Source: Eledone cirrhosa (lineage: Eukaryota). Taken from it: a stretch of 64,000 nt of DNA. Positions 37,401 through 51,531 of this stretch are shown here, piece by piece (position 1 is the first letter of the stretch; every line of letters starts with the position of its first letter). The DNA lies in NCBI GenBank assembly GCA_964016885.1, contig OZ024742.1:247442001-247506000 (forward strand), in the 5' to 3' direction. A program made the translations under genes and the position numbers. Under the pieces are notes generated by a model, which worked only from the letters and a program-made list of their open reading frames with translations, did not search any database and was not told where the DNA came from.

Positions 37401-37790
37401 TGTTACAAGGTGTATGTGTTGCACTGTGTGCATGTTGTGTATGTATGTGTGTGCATGTTGTGTATTTATGTGTGTGCATGTTGTGTATGTATGTGTAGCG
37501 ATGTGTGGATGTTGTGTATGTATGTGTGTGCATGTTGTGTATGTATGTCTGTGCATGTTGCGTATTTATGTGTGTGCATGTTGTGTATGAATGTGTGTGC
37601 AGGTTGTGCATGTATGTGTATCGCTGTGTGCATGTTGTGTATGTATGTGTGTGAATGTTGTGTATGTATGTGTGTGCATGTTGTGTATGTATGTGTGTGC
37701 ATGTTGTGTATGAACGTGTGTGCAGGTTGTGCATGTATGTGTAGCGCTGTGTGCATGTTATGTATGTATGTGTGTGTGTGTTGAGCATGT
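34490..37790. repeat. three abutting TG-derived minisatellites
   Basis: GTGTGTATATATTGTTTGTTT (34490-36110), GTGTGTGTTGTATTTCTTG (36200-36820), GTGTGCATGTTGTGTATGTAT (37020-37790). Confidence 0.9.
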
Positions 37791-37874
37791 GAGTTTGTTT
37801 GTACGTGTATGTCAGTGTGTGTATATATATATATAATGAAAACATGGTGTGCTGCGTGGTTGCAAATAGGTTAC

Positions 37875-38477
37875 ATATGAATAAATTTAGTCCTTCATCA
37901 GTGATCTTCCAACCTTCATTGGTATTTCATCGCTTTAAAGAATGGTCGTTGGGACACGTAAATCGGGGGAACGAGCGAGACAGTAAACAAACAAAGATGG
38001 TAATGCAACGAAAAGTGATGAAGAAGGAGTCAAGTCCCTGAAATTGATGAACATAAGTTCTGTGAAATCGTGGACGAGAGAGAATAAAGACCATCAAACC
38101 TGGTCGAAATGTGAGTAAGGAAAGAATTTCGCACAGGTCAAACGGGAGGAAGAAGGAGTCAAGTCCCTGAAATCGATGAACATAGGTTGTGTGAAATCGT
38201 AGACGAGAGAGAATAAAGAACAACCGACCTGGTCAAAGTGTGAGTGAGGAAAGAATCTCGCACAGGTCAAACGGGAGGAAGTAGGAGAGGGTGACTCCTT
38301 CTTCCTCACTTTTCGTTGCATTACCATGTTTGTTTGTTTACTGTCTCGCTCGTTCCCCGATTTACGTGTCCCAACGACTTTCTTTAGCCGTTGCTCGCAC
38401 CAACCAGGGGTATATGGTCTTTAAATCAATGAAATACCAATGAAGGTTGGAAGATCACTGATGAAGGACTAAATTTA

Positions 38478-38484
<7 letters not shown>
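37875..38484. mobile_element. fold-back/MITE-like element with ~160-bp inverted arms and internal ~130-bp tandem duplication
   Basis: 37875-38032 is the reverse complement of 38292-38484 (right arm has a ~35-bp insert). GAAGAAGGAGTCAAGTCCCTGAAAT starts at 38020 and 38149. Confidence 0.8.
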
Positions 38485-38531
<47 letters not shown>

Positions 38532-38570
38532 TTAAAAATATTAATAAATATAGACATTCATATAATCCAA

Positions 38571-38640
38571 TATATTTTATTATATATATTTCGGAGGTAC
38601 TGTGCTGTTTCCTCAGTACGTCCTCATCAGATAAAATATA
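38571..38640 (-). ncRNA. type I hammerhead ribozyme, structurally intact
   Basis: Minus strand TATATTTTAT-CTGATGA-GGAcGTACTG-aggaaacagca-CAGTACcTCC-GAA-ATATATAT-A-ATAAAATATA: perfect 10-bp stem I, 9 pairs in stem II, palindromic stem III, AUA cleavage triplet. Confidence 0.85.
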
Positions 38641-39148
38641 TAAATTGATGTATGACATACCTCAACTGTGCTGATGGTTCAATTCCAGTCTTGGAAATAT
38701 ATAAAATAAAATATATTTGTTGAATGTCTATATTTATTTAATATTAATAATTCCAGAAAACTCCACTATTGAGTGCTTCTAATCTATTGTAAAACTATAT
38801 TCATTAATTAATCAATGAACCTTGTTTAATTTTTGGTTATATATATATATGTGTGTGTGTGTGTGTTGTTTGTGGAAATATATATGGGTGATAAACTGTG
38901 CATGTGTGTGTGTGTGCGCGAGCACGTGACTGTGTATAATAATTATGCGGGAATACGTGTGGGACTGATTGTCTGTGTGTCGCTATGTGACAGGCTATGT
39001 AATGCGTGTGTGTGTGCGTATATATATATGTGTGTATATGTATGTAGGTATATACACATATATATATATATATATGTATGTAGGTATATACACATATACA
39101 TATATATATATATATATATGTACATATATATATGTATATATATATATG

Positions 39149-39269
<121 letters not shown>

Positions 39270-39382
39270 ATGTATATACACACATATATATATATATATA
39301 TATAGATATATATATATGTATTTATATATATATATGTATTTATATATATAAATATATATATATATACATATATATATATAAT

Positions 39383-39553
39383 ATATTTAATATAGAAATA
39401 ATTTCTACAGGACTAGAACTGTTTTATTCGGGAGAGATAACGAGAATGAAACAGTTCTAGTCCTGTAGGAGTCATATCTATATTAAATATTTATACTCTG
39501 CTAAGTATTGAGTACGTAACTTACTGTGGTTGCCCACGATTGAACCCGGGATG

Positions 39554-39557
<4 letters not shown>
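39383..39557 (+). mobile_element. hairpin-plus-tail element (family H2), fold-back form of the 6444 hammerhead
   Basis: CTACAGGACTAGAACTGTTTTATTC..GAATGAAACAGTTCTAGTCCTGTAG, then tail CTAAGTATTGAGTAC. Other fragments at 40167-40220, 40451-40510 and 43355-43422. Confidence 0.8.
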
Positions 39558-39643
<86 letters not shown>

Positions 39644-39822
39644 TGTTAATATAGATGCGTTCGTCTTTCGTCTTCGATAGATTTGTGCGTGACTGTCTGT
39701 GTGATTGTGTATGTGCTAGTTAGTAGAATGGAGTCTACAAATTGTAGTATGTGTGTTTGTGTCTGTGTGTGCGAACTGTCGGAATCAGCGTTTTCTCTGG
39801 AATTTAACTAACGCTGACAAAC

Positions 39823-39881
<59 letters not shown>

Positions 39882-40116
39882 AAAATGTATTCTTTTATGC
39901 TTTTACTGGTTTCTGTGATTAGACTACGGGCATGATGTGGTACCGCCTTTAAGGTTTCAGTCGATCAGATCACACCATTTTTTGTTATAAGTCTGGTACT
40001 TGCTTTATCGAATATTCTTTATGAAATTGGTAAGATACATGATATAAACAAACAACAGTAGTTGTCAAACTGTGTAAACATAAATATAGACACAGACATA
40101 AACACCCCGAAATATG

Positions 40117-40160
<44 letters not shown>

Positions 40161-40238
40161 TATATTGTATTGAGTACATTAATTACTGTGGTTACCCTCG
40201 ATTGAACTCAGGATAAACTTATATATATATATATAATA

Positions 40239-40432
40239 TAGGAACGAGTAGGACCCCGAGGGCCGAGTTTAGCCGTTTCGACGGCTAATTCTAGTCCAGA
40301 AATAGCCGTCGAAACGGCTTGAGCTCAGCCGTCGGGGTCCTACTCGTTCCTATTACCGACTCTACTACCCTAAGTATTGAGTACTTTGGTGCGTTATGGT
40401 CCACCTGGTTCCTTACCCCATTTCCTTCGTTA
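40239..40432 (+). mobile_element. family H1 element
   Basis: Hairpin TAGGAACGAGTAGGACCCC...GGGGTCCTACTCGTTCCTA plus tail, flanked by TA runs. Confidence 0.85.
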
Positions 40433-40504
40433 TATATAATATATATATATATTCGTGATTATTTCTCCCGAATGAAACAGTTTTAGTCCTGTAGAAGCCT
40501 TCTG

Positions 40505-40596
<92 letters not shown>

Positions 40597-40651
40597 ATCT
40601 ATGTATGTATGTATATATATACATTTATGTATATACATATAGATAAACAAA

Positions 40652-40976
40652 CATTCTGTCGGTTACGACGGCGAGTGTTCCTGTTGAACGACCATCAGAA
40701 CGGCCTACTCTTGAAATTAACATGAAAGTGGCTGAGCATTCCACAGACACCCGCTCTGTCAACGTAGTTCTCAGGGAGATTCAGCATGACACAGAATGGG
40801 AAAAGAATAGTCCTTCGAATTACAGGTGGTGCAGCTCATTTTTGCCAGCTGAGTAGACCGGAACGAAGTGAAGTGTGGTGTCTTTTTCGAGGACACAGCT
40901 TGCCGCCAGGAATCGAACTCACGATCCTACCATCCTGAGCCGAATACACTAACCACTAAGCCACGGGCCTTCACAC
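40652..40976 (-). mobile_element. full-length tRNA-SINE, third family (S3)
   Basis: Minus strand TGGCTTAGTGG (A box) and GAGTTCGATTCC (B box), body CTGAATCTCCCTGAGAACTACGTT..TAATTTCA. A head fragment also lies at ~45500-45616. Confidence 0.8.
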
Positions 40977-41008
40977 ATGCACACACACACACACAAACGC
41001 ATATATAT

Positions 41009-41168
41009 AGGCGGCGAATTGGCAGAGTCGTTTAGATGTCGGTTAGAATGCTTTACGGTATTCTTCCCACCTCATTGCGCGCTCTCAGTTCAAATACCGT
41101 CGTGGTCAACTTTGACTTTCATCCTTTGAAGGTCGATAAAAAAAGTACTAATCCAGTATTAAGGTCAT
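41009..41168 (+). mobile_element. diverged S1-type SINE
   Basis: GGCGGCGAATTGGCAGAGTCG..AGTTCAAATACCG..CTTTCATCCTTTGAAGGTCGATAAAA. Confidence 0.7.
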
Positions 41169-41308
41169 TTCTTCCTCTATAGCGGTCGGTGTTGAGACCT
41201 GGAGAGGGTGGGGCTCCACCAGGTTTAAAAGTGCCCTAGACACACCGTATGATGGCGCCTCAACGACTCCACAAGAAATTATGGGTTCTTTATCATTATA
41301 TATATATA

Positions 41309-42227
<919 letters not shown>

Positions 42228-42379
42228 ATTGGTGTTGGATGCTTAACGCGTCCGTATGCTGTAGGCCGTATGTGCACTCAATGCCCTCGTAGAGTATGAT
42301 CACCATATGGATCGTGCCTCGAGCTGGTCGCGCGAGAAACATATGCCCAATAAATTCCTTTACTGATTCTCTTTTTTCT

Positions 42380-42444
<65 letters not shown>

Positions 42445-43424
42445 TACGTATAACTGCCTTTATTGATATATATTATCAAACACTCATTTGTTTGTGACCG
42501 TGTACAGACTAACAATATTTTCCTTTATTTTTTCATTTTTTCTTTTTTCTTTTCTTTTATACATATTCTTCCAACCGTTGTCCTTCTCTATTCAAAACTT
42601 TTTCAACTTTACTTTTTGTATTCCCTTATCTCTGTCTGTTTGGCTCTCTGTTTCTCAACTGTAAGAAGTACTTGGTACTTCCCTTAGTCTGCCATAGCTT
42701 ACTAGCTCTATGGGACGTTTAATAGGCTTAAATAAATAAATGAATAAATAAATAGATACCCTTGTTTTTTCATGTCTTTACACGACGTGGGTGTTAACCC
42801 AGGTAATATTTATTAATTCTGTTTCTTTCTTGTTACAGGTATGTATTGTTTATTTTCTCAATCAGTGTTAAGTTTTATTCATTTATTCTATCAGTGCGTA
42901 GTGATCAGCATCCCTACATGTAATCGCGTTAAACTGCAATGATAACCAAACATGGGTAGTTAATTTTTTTCTTACTCATGGTTTCTGTCAGTGTTAATAT
43001 TACTCTGCAATTCCCTTTGTTTTCCTTTTTCTACATTTCCATCACTTTTGCTGCCGATATGCGCCTTATTTTAACGTTGTCTTTTTTCGTTAACAGTTTT
43101 TGACCCCTTTTGACCCATTACAGACACACGCACATACACGCATACTCATACAAACATACGTACATTCATATATACATGAACACAAACATACACACATATT
43201 TACACATACATGCATACATTCATACATACATCCATACATGCATACATACAAACATATTATTATGAGTGAATTCCTGTTGGGTATCAGGAGGTGACCACAG
43301 TTAATGAAGGTAATCAATAGGTTAGTAACTTATAGGCATTTTTATTTTAAATGGAAATGACTTATACAGGACCTCTTCATGATTTCATAACCATGCAACA
43401 GTTCTACTCCTGTAGAAGTCATAT

Positions 43425-43478
<54 letters not shown>

Positions 43479-43508
43479 ATGTGTGTATATATATATGTAT
43501 GTGTGTGT

Positions 43509-43572
<64 letters not shown>

Positions 43573-43575
43573 ATG

Positions 43576-43630
<55 letters not shown>

Positions 43631-43633
43631 ATA

Positions 43634-43688
<55 letters not shown>

Positions 43689-44269
43689 TTGTGTGTGAAT
43701 ATATATATATAATTTAGTATTGGTGTCCCAACGTAGCGTTATACACATATATAATATAGAGGATGCTTTGACAACCTTCCGTTATGAAATGTTAGAGTTG
43801 TGACGGCCATCACACATCCTTACCCTCACCAAAACTGAGGGGGAAGTAAGCGACATCGCGTTGTTTCTCACTTGTAGGCCAAGGCTACATATCCAACTTG
43901 TTCCTGCTGAGACAAAAATAAGATGCAATCTTATAAATGTCTCGCTTATGTATATAAGCTGATGAGGCGCATTTGCATACGGAGCGTTAACCGACCAGTC
44001 TTAAATTGAAAATTAGTATTGATGCTCCAACATAGCCTCATACACATATCTGTACGTGTTGTATATCGATTAATATAGGGGATGTATATGTAAAACATTT
44101 GACAGGTCTCCGCAATGAATTTTTAAGGTTGTCACCACCATCACACACCCTTAGCCTCAGCAAAATCAAGGGGGAAGTAACCGACAATGTGCTCTTTCTC
44201 ACTTGTCGGCTGTTGTCAAGGCGAGAAAAAACGCGTTATTGGTTACTTGGTCTTTGTTTTTTTCTCACA

Positions 44270-44475
44270 ATGCACACAAACAAGATGGTGTAGAACGGAA
44301 CAAAGAAGAAACACAAAATAACAAATTAGTTTCTGAGGAGGTCACAGAATATATGATGAAAGCGCCTTGACAACAAATAAACAACCATCCGGTTATCAAA
44401 CCAACCAACAGCAAATTTGTAAAAAATTGGAGTGAAAACCAAGTGCGTGTGTTTCTATTGACAATGTGACCTCCC

Positions 44476-44480
<5 letters not shown>
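44270..44480 (+). mobile_element. pLTR copy of the Penelope-like element, with degenerate hammerhead at 44333-44372
   Basis: CTGAGGAGGTCACAGAATATATGATGAAAGCGCCTTGAC; aligns with 47200-47447 and with 9462-9625 (minus). Confidence 0.75.
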
Positions 44481-44543
<63 letters not shown>

Positions 44544-44545
44544 TA

Positions 44546-44579
<34 letters not shown>

Positions 44580-44839
44580 GGAAAAGTGTCAGGACCCCGA
44601 CGACTGACCTCCTCCGGCCGTTTCAACAGCACAGAATCGAATACTCTGGTGCGTTATGGTCCACCTGGTATCTTACCACACCATCTGTTATATATATACA
44701 TATATATAAACATAATATTGATGATCACGAAAATGAGTATTCCATATCATAGTATGTGGAAATTAATAGTCTTATTAAGGTTGCGTCACTTTCCCGTTAA
44801 TCTTCCAAACCAAGGCGTGGATTATTTTGTTGACATAGA

Positions 44840-45060
44840 GAGGGCGATGGATTGGCATTATCGTTACTGCGTCAGACGCCATGCTTTGCAGCCTAGAGTT
44901 ATGGCCCTTCATGATCTGAGTTCAAATCTCGCCAAGGTTAACTTTGCCTTTCATCCTTACGGGGTCGATAAAATAAAGCACCAGTAATGCACTGGGGTCG
45001 ATTTAATCGACTTTCCCCTCCCCAAAATTGTTGGCCTTGTGCCTATACTAGAAATCATTT
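44840..45060 (+). mobile_element. S1 SINE (long 3' variant with GGGGTCGATTTAATCGAC hairpin)
   Basis: Full head, core and 3' end visible. Confidence 0.85.
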
Positions 45061-45383
45061 TATAGACATAGAGAAGAAATTCCAGAGTTAAAGGCCACAA
45101 TCTCGTCCTTCATAAAATACATATTTTAAAATAAAAGTAAAGCACCAGTGTGAGACAGTCCCTTCTTCAAAGCATTAAAGACAATATGTCTAACTCCAGT
45201 GCGGTAATAACTGTGGAAGTTATTGGGGGAGAAAAAAAAATTAAACAGGAGGCGAAAAAAAGGAAAAATAAGCAGAGAACATACCGAAAAAGAGGGGAAG
45301 ACGAGAAGTACATGTATGTATATGCGTGACCGTGAGAGAGAGAGAGAGAGAGAGAGAATTCAAATACAGCTACTGAATATATG

Positions 45384-45437
<54 letters not shown>

Positions 45438-45756
45438 CAGTCGATCGACTTTTTGTCAAATCGGACCGAGGAAACGATGTTTCCGTTGGTCTTTCCAATT
45501 GCTAATACTATCTAGGTAGAAGGAACAACGTGAAATAAAGTGTCTTGCTCAAGGACATAACGCATCGCCGGTCCAGCTTCGAACTCACAATTCTCTAACC
45601 ACTCCGCCACGCGCCATATATATATATACAAACCGAGCATTATAATAAATGTTCGGTAAACCCATACGTACATATATATATATATGTGTACATGTATGTA
45701 TGTATATACATACTACTGTACGTCTGTATACATATATGTATGTACGTATACATATG

Positions 45757-47447
45757 TTCCTTAAGGAACATATGTTCAAATTTAATGGACAAACATATGC
45801 CCAAGAGGAAGGAGCAGCCATTGGTGTTAGCATTGCAGGTGACATAGCTAACCTATTCATGTTATGGTGGGACAATAAACTTAAATAACAATTAGAAGAC
45901 GCCAACCTCTTAACCCTGATAACGTACTCTCGCTACATTGATGATATAAACATCGTAGTAAAATCACCCCCACTAGAGAACAGTCAGTAATTAGAGAAAA
46001 ACACCATCGAAAGCATCCAGCAAATAGCTAACTCCATCCACCAGAGTATTAGAGTTACTATAGACTACCCAAGCAAACACCCCAACCATCGATTACCTGT
46101 ACTAGACACAGAGCTCTGGTTAAAAACCATTAATAACAAAAAAGACATCCTCCATTCCCATTATGCCAAACCCATGACTTCCAAATATCTGATCCACCGA
46201 AACTCAGCTGTTTCGGATCACACCAAAATCAACATACTGATTGTGGATTTAGTAAAGGTGATGAGGAACGTGTCCCGCATGTGCAACACCCAATAACTAG
46301 AGAGACACATACAACACTTCATCCACCGTATGCAGTTCTCCGGTTACAATCAGAGAGATAAAATCAGTGTATATAGAGGAGCCAGAACCAAATGGGAAAT
46401 AATGGTAAATAATGATTCAAATGGGACCTGCCCCTTGTATAGGTGCACATTTTGGAATAGAATAGAAAGAACTAGGAATAAGGTTAATAGAATAAACTTA
46501 TGGTATGATAGCAATAAATACCAGAGTGTAATGTTCATCAATACAACCCCTAGAGGTGAACTAGCTTAGAAATTTAGAAGGGCCCTAGATAAACTTAAAC
46601 TAAATATTAAGATAGTAAAAAGACCAGGTATCTCCATAAAACACTTATTAGCAATACATACCCTTTTTAAAGACTTCCCTGTATAGATAAGAAATGCATA
46701 ATCTGTAAACTAAGCCCCCATATTAACTGCAAAACTAGAAACATAGTATATAGCATAATATGTACTGAAGGACAATGTAAAGATAAGAATATAGTGTACA
46801 TATGTGAGACAGCTCGTACGCAGTATAGAACGATTAAATGAACACTGGCGAGAGCTTAAGATAGAAAAGAATCATCAGTACTCCACCAACATGCTAAAAT
46901 AGAACATAAGAGTAAATTAGAGAACATACAAATAAAAATAAAATCTACACACAGAAAAGACGCAATGTTTAGACAAATCACAGAGGCAATAAACACAAAT
47001 GAACTCCAACCAAAATTAAATAGAAAACATGAATGGAATAGCAACATCACGAATTACAATTAAGGACAACATGAAAACACACACACATAGAACAAACAAC
47101 CAACTAGTAACATGCAAATAAACAAATAAATAAACAAATAAAAACACACACAGACACCCGGATGTAACACATGCGCAAACTAAGCACACAACACACACAA
47201 AAACAAGATGGCGTAGGACAGAACAAAGGAGAGGCACAAAGCAAAGAAAATAATCCCAAGCCACTGAAGAGGTCACAGAATGTGTGACGGAAGAACTTTG
47301 ACAATATATGAACAACCGTCCGGTTGTGGAACCAACCAACCAACGGGAAATTTATAAATTTTTAAATTTATAATTTAATTTATAATAAATTGGAGTGAAA
47401 GCACTGGTGCGTGTGTTTCTTATTGGCAACATGACCCTCCCAAAGTA
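45757..47447 (+). mobile_element. Penelope-like retroelement: RT + C-terminal GIY-YIG endonuclease pseudogene followed by pLTR
   Basis: FKFNGQTYAQEEGAAIGVSIAGDIANLFM, YSRYIDDI, RLPVLD, HYAKPM, MQFSGY, SVMFINTTPRGELA, Cys-rich linker, NCKTRNIVYSIIC..VYICET, SVLHQH, RQITEAI, PKLNRKHEW. Several in-frame stops and frameshifts. The pLTR carries CTGAAGA at 47264. Confidence 0.9.
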
Positions 47448-48529
47448 TAACAATATCGGTTTCAACACACGTTTTCAGATAAAGAATCTTGCTAAACAAA
47501 TTCAGAAACGAAATATATATCTATATATATATATATGATAGTTTTAGTTCAACAATGTGGAAATCTCTGATATATGTATGTGTCCCATCAGGTAACCTGT
47601 TCTGAATATTTTATATATTCTTTATGCTTGTGGTACATCTGACGTCTATTTGTCTTATCTGTTTAAATCATATAAGCGTAAATTCAAAGCACCGATGACC
47701 TGTTGGATAATATATAGTACCTTTATTTCTCCCCCTCTCTCTCTTTCTCTCTTTCTTACTTTCCTCCTTTTTTTCTTTGTTTCTATACAGGTTTACGCTG
47801 GGTTTAATTGTTTTGTAATACATTTGTTTTCATCGTCCAGTGTAGTTCTGAAGTTTCTCTTTGTTCATTTAAAAGTTGGTAATATGTATCTGTAAGTCTG
47901 TTCATGCGTGTGTCTCTCTCTGTGTTTGTGAGTGAGTGAATGTGCCTTTATGTGTGTCTGTATATGTCTCTTGAAACGCCATGAAGGCTATTTATGAGTG
48001 AGAAAAATAATCACTCTTACTGTCTTTGAAAACAGAATATTCTAGGGTGAGAAATAGTCAGATTTTTCAAATTATTCCATATGCATTTATTTGGAGAATG
48101 TTATAAAATTGCTGTATAGAGGACGTTATATATGTGATATGTTATTCATTGTGGTGCGAAAATATTAATTTTCGAAGATGGAAGAGAAAAAATGCTAAAT
48201 TCTTTACGGATTTCATATTGATGATGTTGATACATTGTTGTATTATTTCAAATATTTAACGTCATGCAAAGTCATTTTGATCTTTACTTAGCATTTTGTC
48301 CGTATTCAAGTGTATGTGTCTGCGATATACAATGGCCTCTTTAAAACAGTTAATTGCCCGTGCAATGAGGCATGTATTTTCTACTCCGTGGAAGGCACGC
48401 TAAAAATATTTAACATCGCATAGTGTGCCGTTTCAATTGTTGTTTATATACGCGAATAAGTTAGAATTGTCCGGTGTTACATTTGAAAGTTATGTCTAAG
48501 AAGATGATTATTTTGTGGTAACTGCGTAC

Positions 48530-49105
48530 AGTGACATTTAAAGTCTTTGAAACGTTTTAGGTGCCTTTCCCGAAGATATCTGATCGTTGTCTGTTTATAA
48601 GTTTAGAGAGTAATAGACCACCATCTCTATAGTTTGCATTTATTCGTACGTATATTCTACTCACTTGTAATGAGGACTCATCCAGTTGATATTTGAACCT
48701 TCTATACACTCCTACATAGGAAGCAATGAAGCCTTCCTTGGGACCATGTAGGGACTGAGAATGACGAGCTGTAACCGTGGAGCTGTTGTCTACACCTGGC
48801 GTGTTTTCTATTAACAGAAATACTGCGAAGTCTTACCGACTCTCATAGGCACAGTACACCAGTAATGGATGCAGAGTCCCCCTACCGTTGACCCGATTAA
48901 CGGTTCATCCACTATGTAAATAATCACAGAAAATTAGGGCATCTCTTTATCAGTGTTGGCTTCTGAGCGCAACCACCATTCCCGCTTCCTTCCCAAATGG
49001 ATCTTGTCGAGCGCTATGCCTTGCAAAAGGTCCAGGACTGCTTCTCCAATATATTCCTAGCTGATGTTCACAATTGAAGACCGTACCTCTATCCGCCGCC
49101 TGAGG
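48530..49105 (+). mobile_element. very old CR1/L2-like RT remnant
   Basis: Weak motif echoes: F*VPFPKISDRCLFISLES (cf. DFSKAFDKV.H..LL.KL) and ALQKVQDCFSNI (cf. LE.VQR.FTK.I). Many stops. Confidence 0.3.
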
Positions 49106-49232
49106 ATAAAGAGGTAATACATAGAAAGATAGATAGATAGATCAATAGACATAGATGTAGATAGGTAGAGAAAGAAATAGATAGATAGATAAATATATAG
49201 AGAGGAGGAGAGCAAGAGAAAGAGAGAGTAAT

Positions 49233-49265
<33 letters not shown>

Positions 49266-49575
49266 GAGAAAGAAAGAGAAAGAGAGAGAAAGAGAGAGAA
49301 AGAGAGAGAAATCGAGAGAGAGAAAGAGAGAAAGGGAGATAGGTAGGTCGCCGTAAATATGTAAATATTATGGTTACATGCATAGAAAGAGGGAGAAACA
49401 GTTTAATCAAGCGAGAAAGAGAGGGAGACAGAGTGAGAATGAGAGAGAGAGTGAGAGAGAGAGGGGGTGGCTAGATAGACAGAGAGAAAGGGGGAGATAG
49501 AGTGGGGAGTGGGCTAGAGAGACAGAGAGAGAGGGGGAGCGGACTAGAGAGACCAAGAGAAAAGGAGAGTGAGAG

Positions 49576-49657
49576 AGAAGAAGAAGAAGAAGAAGAAGAA
49601 GAAGAAGAAGAAGAAGAAGAAGAAGAAGAAGAAGAAGAAGAAGAAGAAGAAGAAGAA
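49576..49657 (+). repeat. (GAA)n microsatellite at the end of a purine-rich tract from 49120
   Basis: Direct reading. Confidence 0.95.
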
Positions 49658-50049
49658 ATAATAAATTAGGTTTGATTGTATGTCTTTTATTTAAGAGAAA
49701 GTGTGTCTATGTGAATGTACGTGTGTGTGTGTTTGAGTGTGTGCGTTTGTGTGAATGTGTGTGTCAGAGTATGTGGGCGCTATCGTCGAAATATAAAACA
49801 GTTAACGGGAAATATTGAAATAAAAGCTACATACACACGCACACACATGTATATATGTCTGTATGTATGTTTTTATGTATGTTAGTGTATATATGTATGT
49901 ATGTGTATATGTATGTATATATATATATATATATATACACATATAAACATATATATATGTATGTATATATATATTGTATATATATATATAATATATAATT
50001 GTTTCTACTTTAGGCACAAGGCCAGCAATTACCCAGTGCATTACTGGTA

Positions 50050-50094
<45 letters not shown>

Positions 50095-50484
50095 TGTGTG
50101 TGTATATATATATATATTTCTTCTAAATCTATATCTATCTATCATTCTATACATAAATTTAAATATCTCTCTATATATATATGCATGTATGCACACACAC
50201 ACACACACATACACACACACACACACACACAGACACATATGTATATATGTATATATATATATTTAGAGAGAGAGAGAGAGATACGGAGAGAGACTGATAA
50301 AGAGAGAGAGTGAAAGAGAGAGGGGCAGAGAACAAGTCATAGAAATCGTGAGATAGTGATATAGTGATAGAAGAATGCAAGAATATATATAGTGTGAGGG
50401 GGAGAGAGAGGGAAGAAAGGGGGAGAGAATGTGAGAGTAAAGAGAGGGAAGAAAAGAGAAAGAAGTGAGAAGAACGAAGAGAAT

Positions 50485-50525
<41 letters not shown>

Positions 50526-50910
50526 TGATAGTGAGGGGGAGAGAGAAAAGCGAAGAAAGTGAGATAGAGAGAGCAAGAGAGAGAGAGAGAGAGAGGTGAG
50601 CTGCTATCAACATAAGCATTGGTACTGTTTAAGAGTCCGGATTAGTAAGGAAGAAGATTGGGGCTGAGAAGTTTTAGACCAATTGTTGGTTGACCGGACT
50701 AAGTCTCCACCTAAACCTCCATAACATCCTCAACCACATGACCACCACTACCGAAAAACAGAGGAGTCGCCATAACAAATACCACGTAGCGGCTCTATAA
50801 ACTATAACAGTAACAATAACCACATAAACGTATACAACAACGACAACAACAACAACAACAGCAACGACAACAATAACAGCAACAAGAAAAAAACAACAAC
50901 AAAAACCGCT

Positions 50911-50975
<65 letters not shown>

Positions 50976-51033
50976 ACTACTACTACTGCTGCTGCTGCTG
51001 CTACTACTGCTGCTGCTACTGCTGCTGCTGCTG

Positions 51034-51072
<39 letters not shown>

Positions 51073-51422
51073 TTACTACTACTACTACGAAACAGATGAA
51101 CAGAAGCAACTACAAACAGCAATAACAACAATCGTAGGAAGTTATAGAACAACAACAACCCAACAACAACACCAATAACAACAACAGCGTCAAAGTTGGA
51201 AGCACGCACCTGCTGGAGTTTAAGTGCAGGCACTTTTACTACAATAACTACTACCGTTACCACCATTATTATTAATATTATCATTATTGATATTATTTTT
51301 ATTACTATTATCGATGATTCGTTTGTGTTCAAAGGGCTGCGAACGGGGTTCGCCTCGGTGTGTTTCTAGCTGCACGCGATTGAATAATTCCTACGTGTTG
51401 ATTTTATCTAAATAATACCACT

Positions 51423-51475
<53 letters not shown>

Positions 51476-51486
51476 ACACAGACACA

Positions 51487-51531
<45 letters not shown>

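Noticed and set aside
38149-38470. Permuted (type II) hammerhead from internal AGTCCCTGAAATCGATG plus terminal CTGATGAAGGACT
   Set aside because: The cleavage position would be G and stem I does not pair.
40900-40976. tRNA gene
   Set aside because: A and B boxes are present but there is no cloverleaf or terminator; it is a SINE head.
48665-49100. Minus-strand exon suggested by a CTCTTTATCCTCAG acceptor and GTGAGT donor
   Set aside because: All three frames contain stops; the plus strand fits a LINE remnant better.
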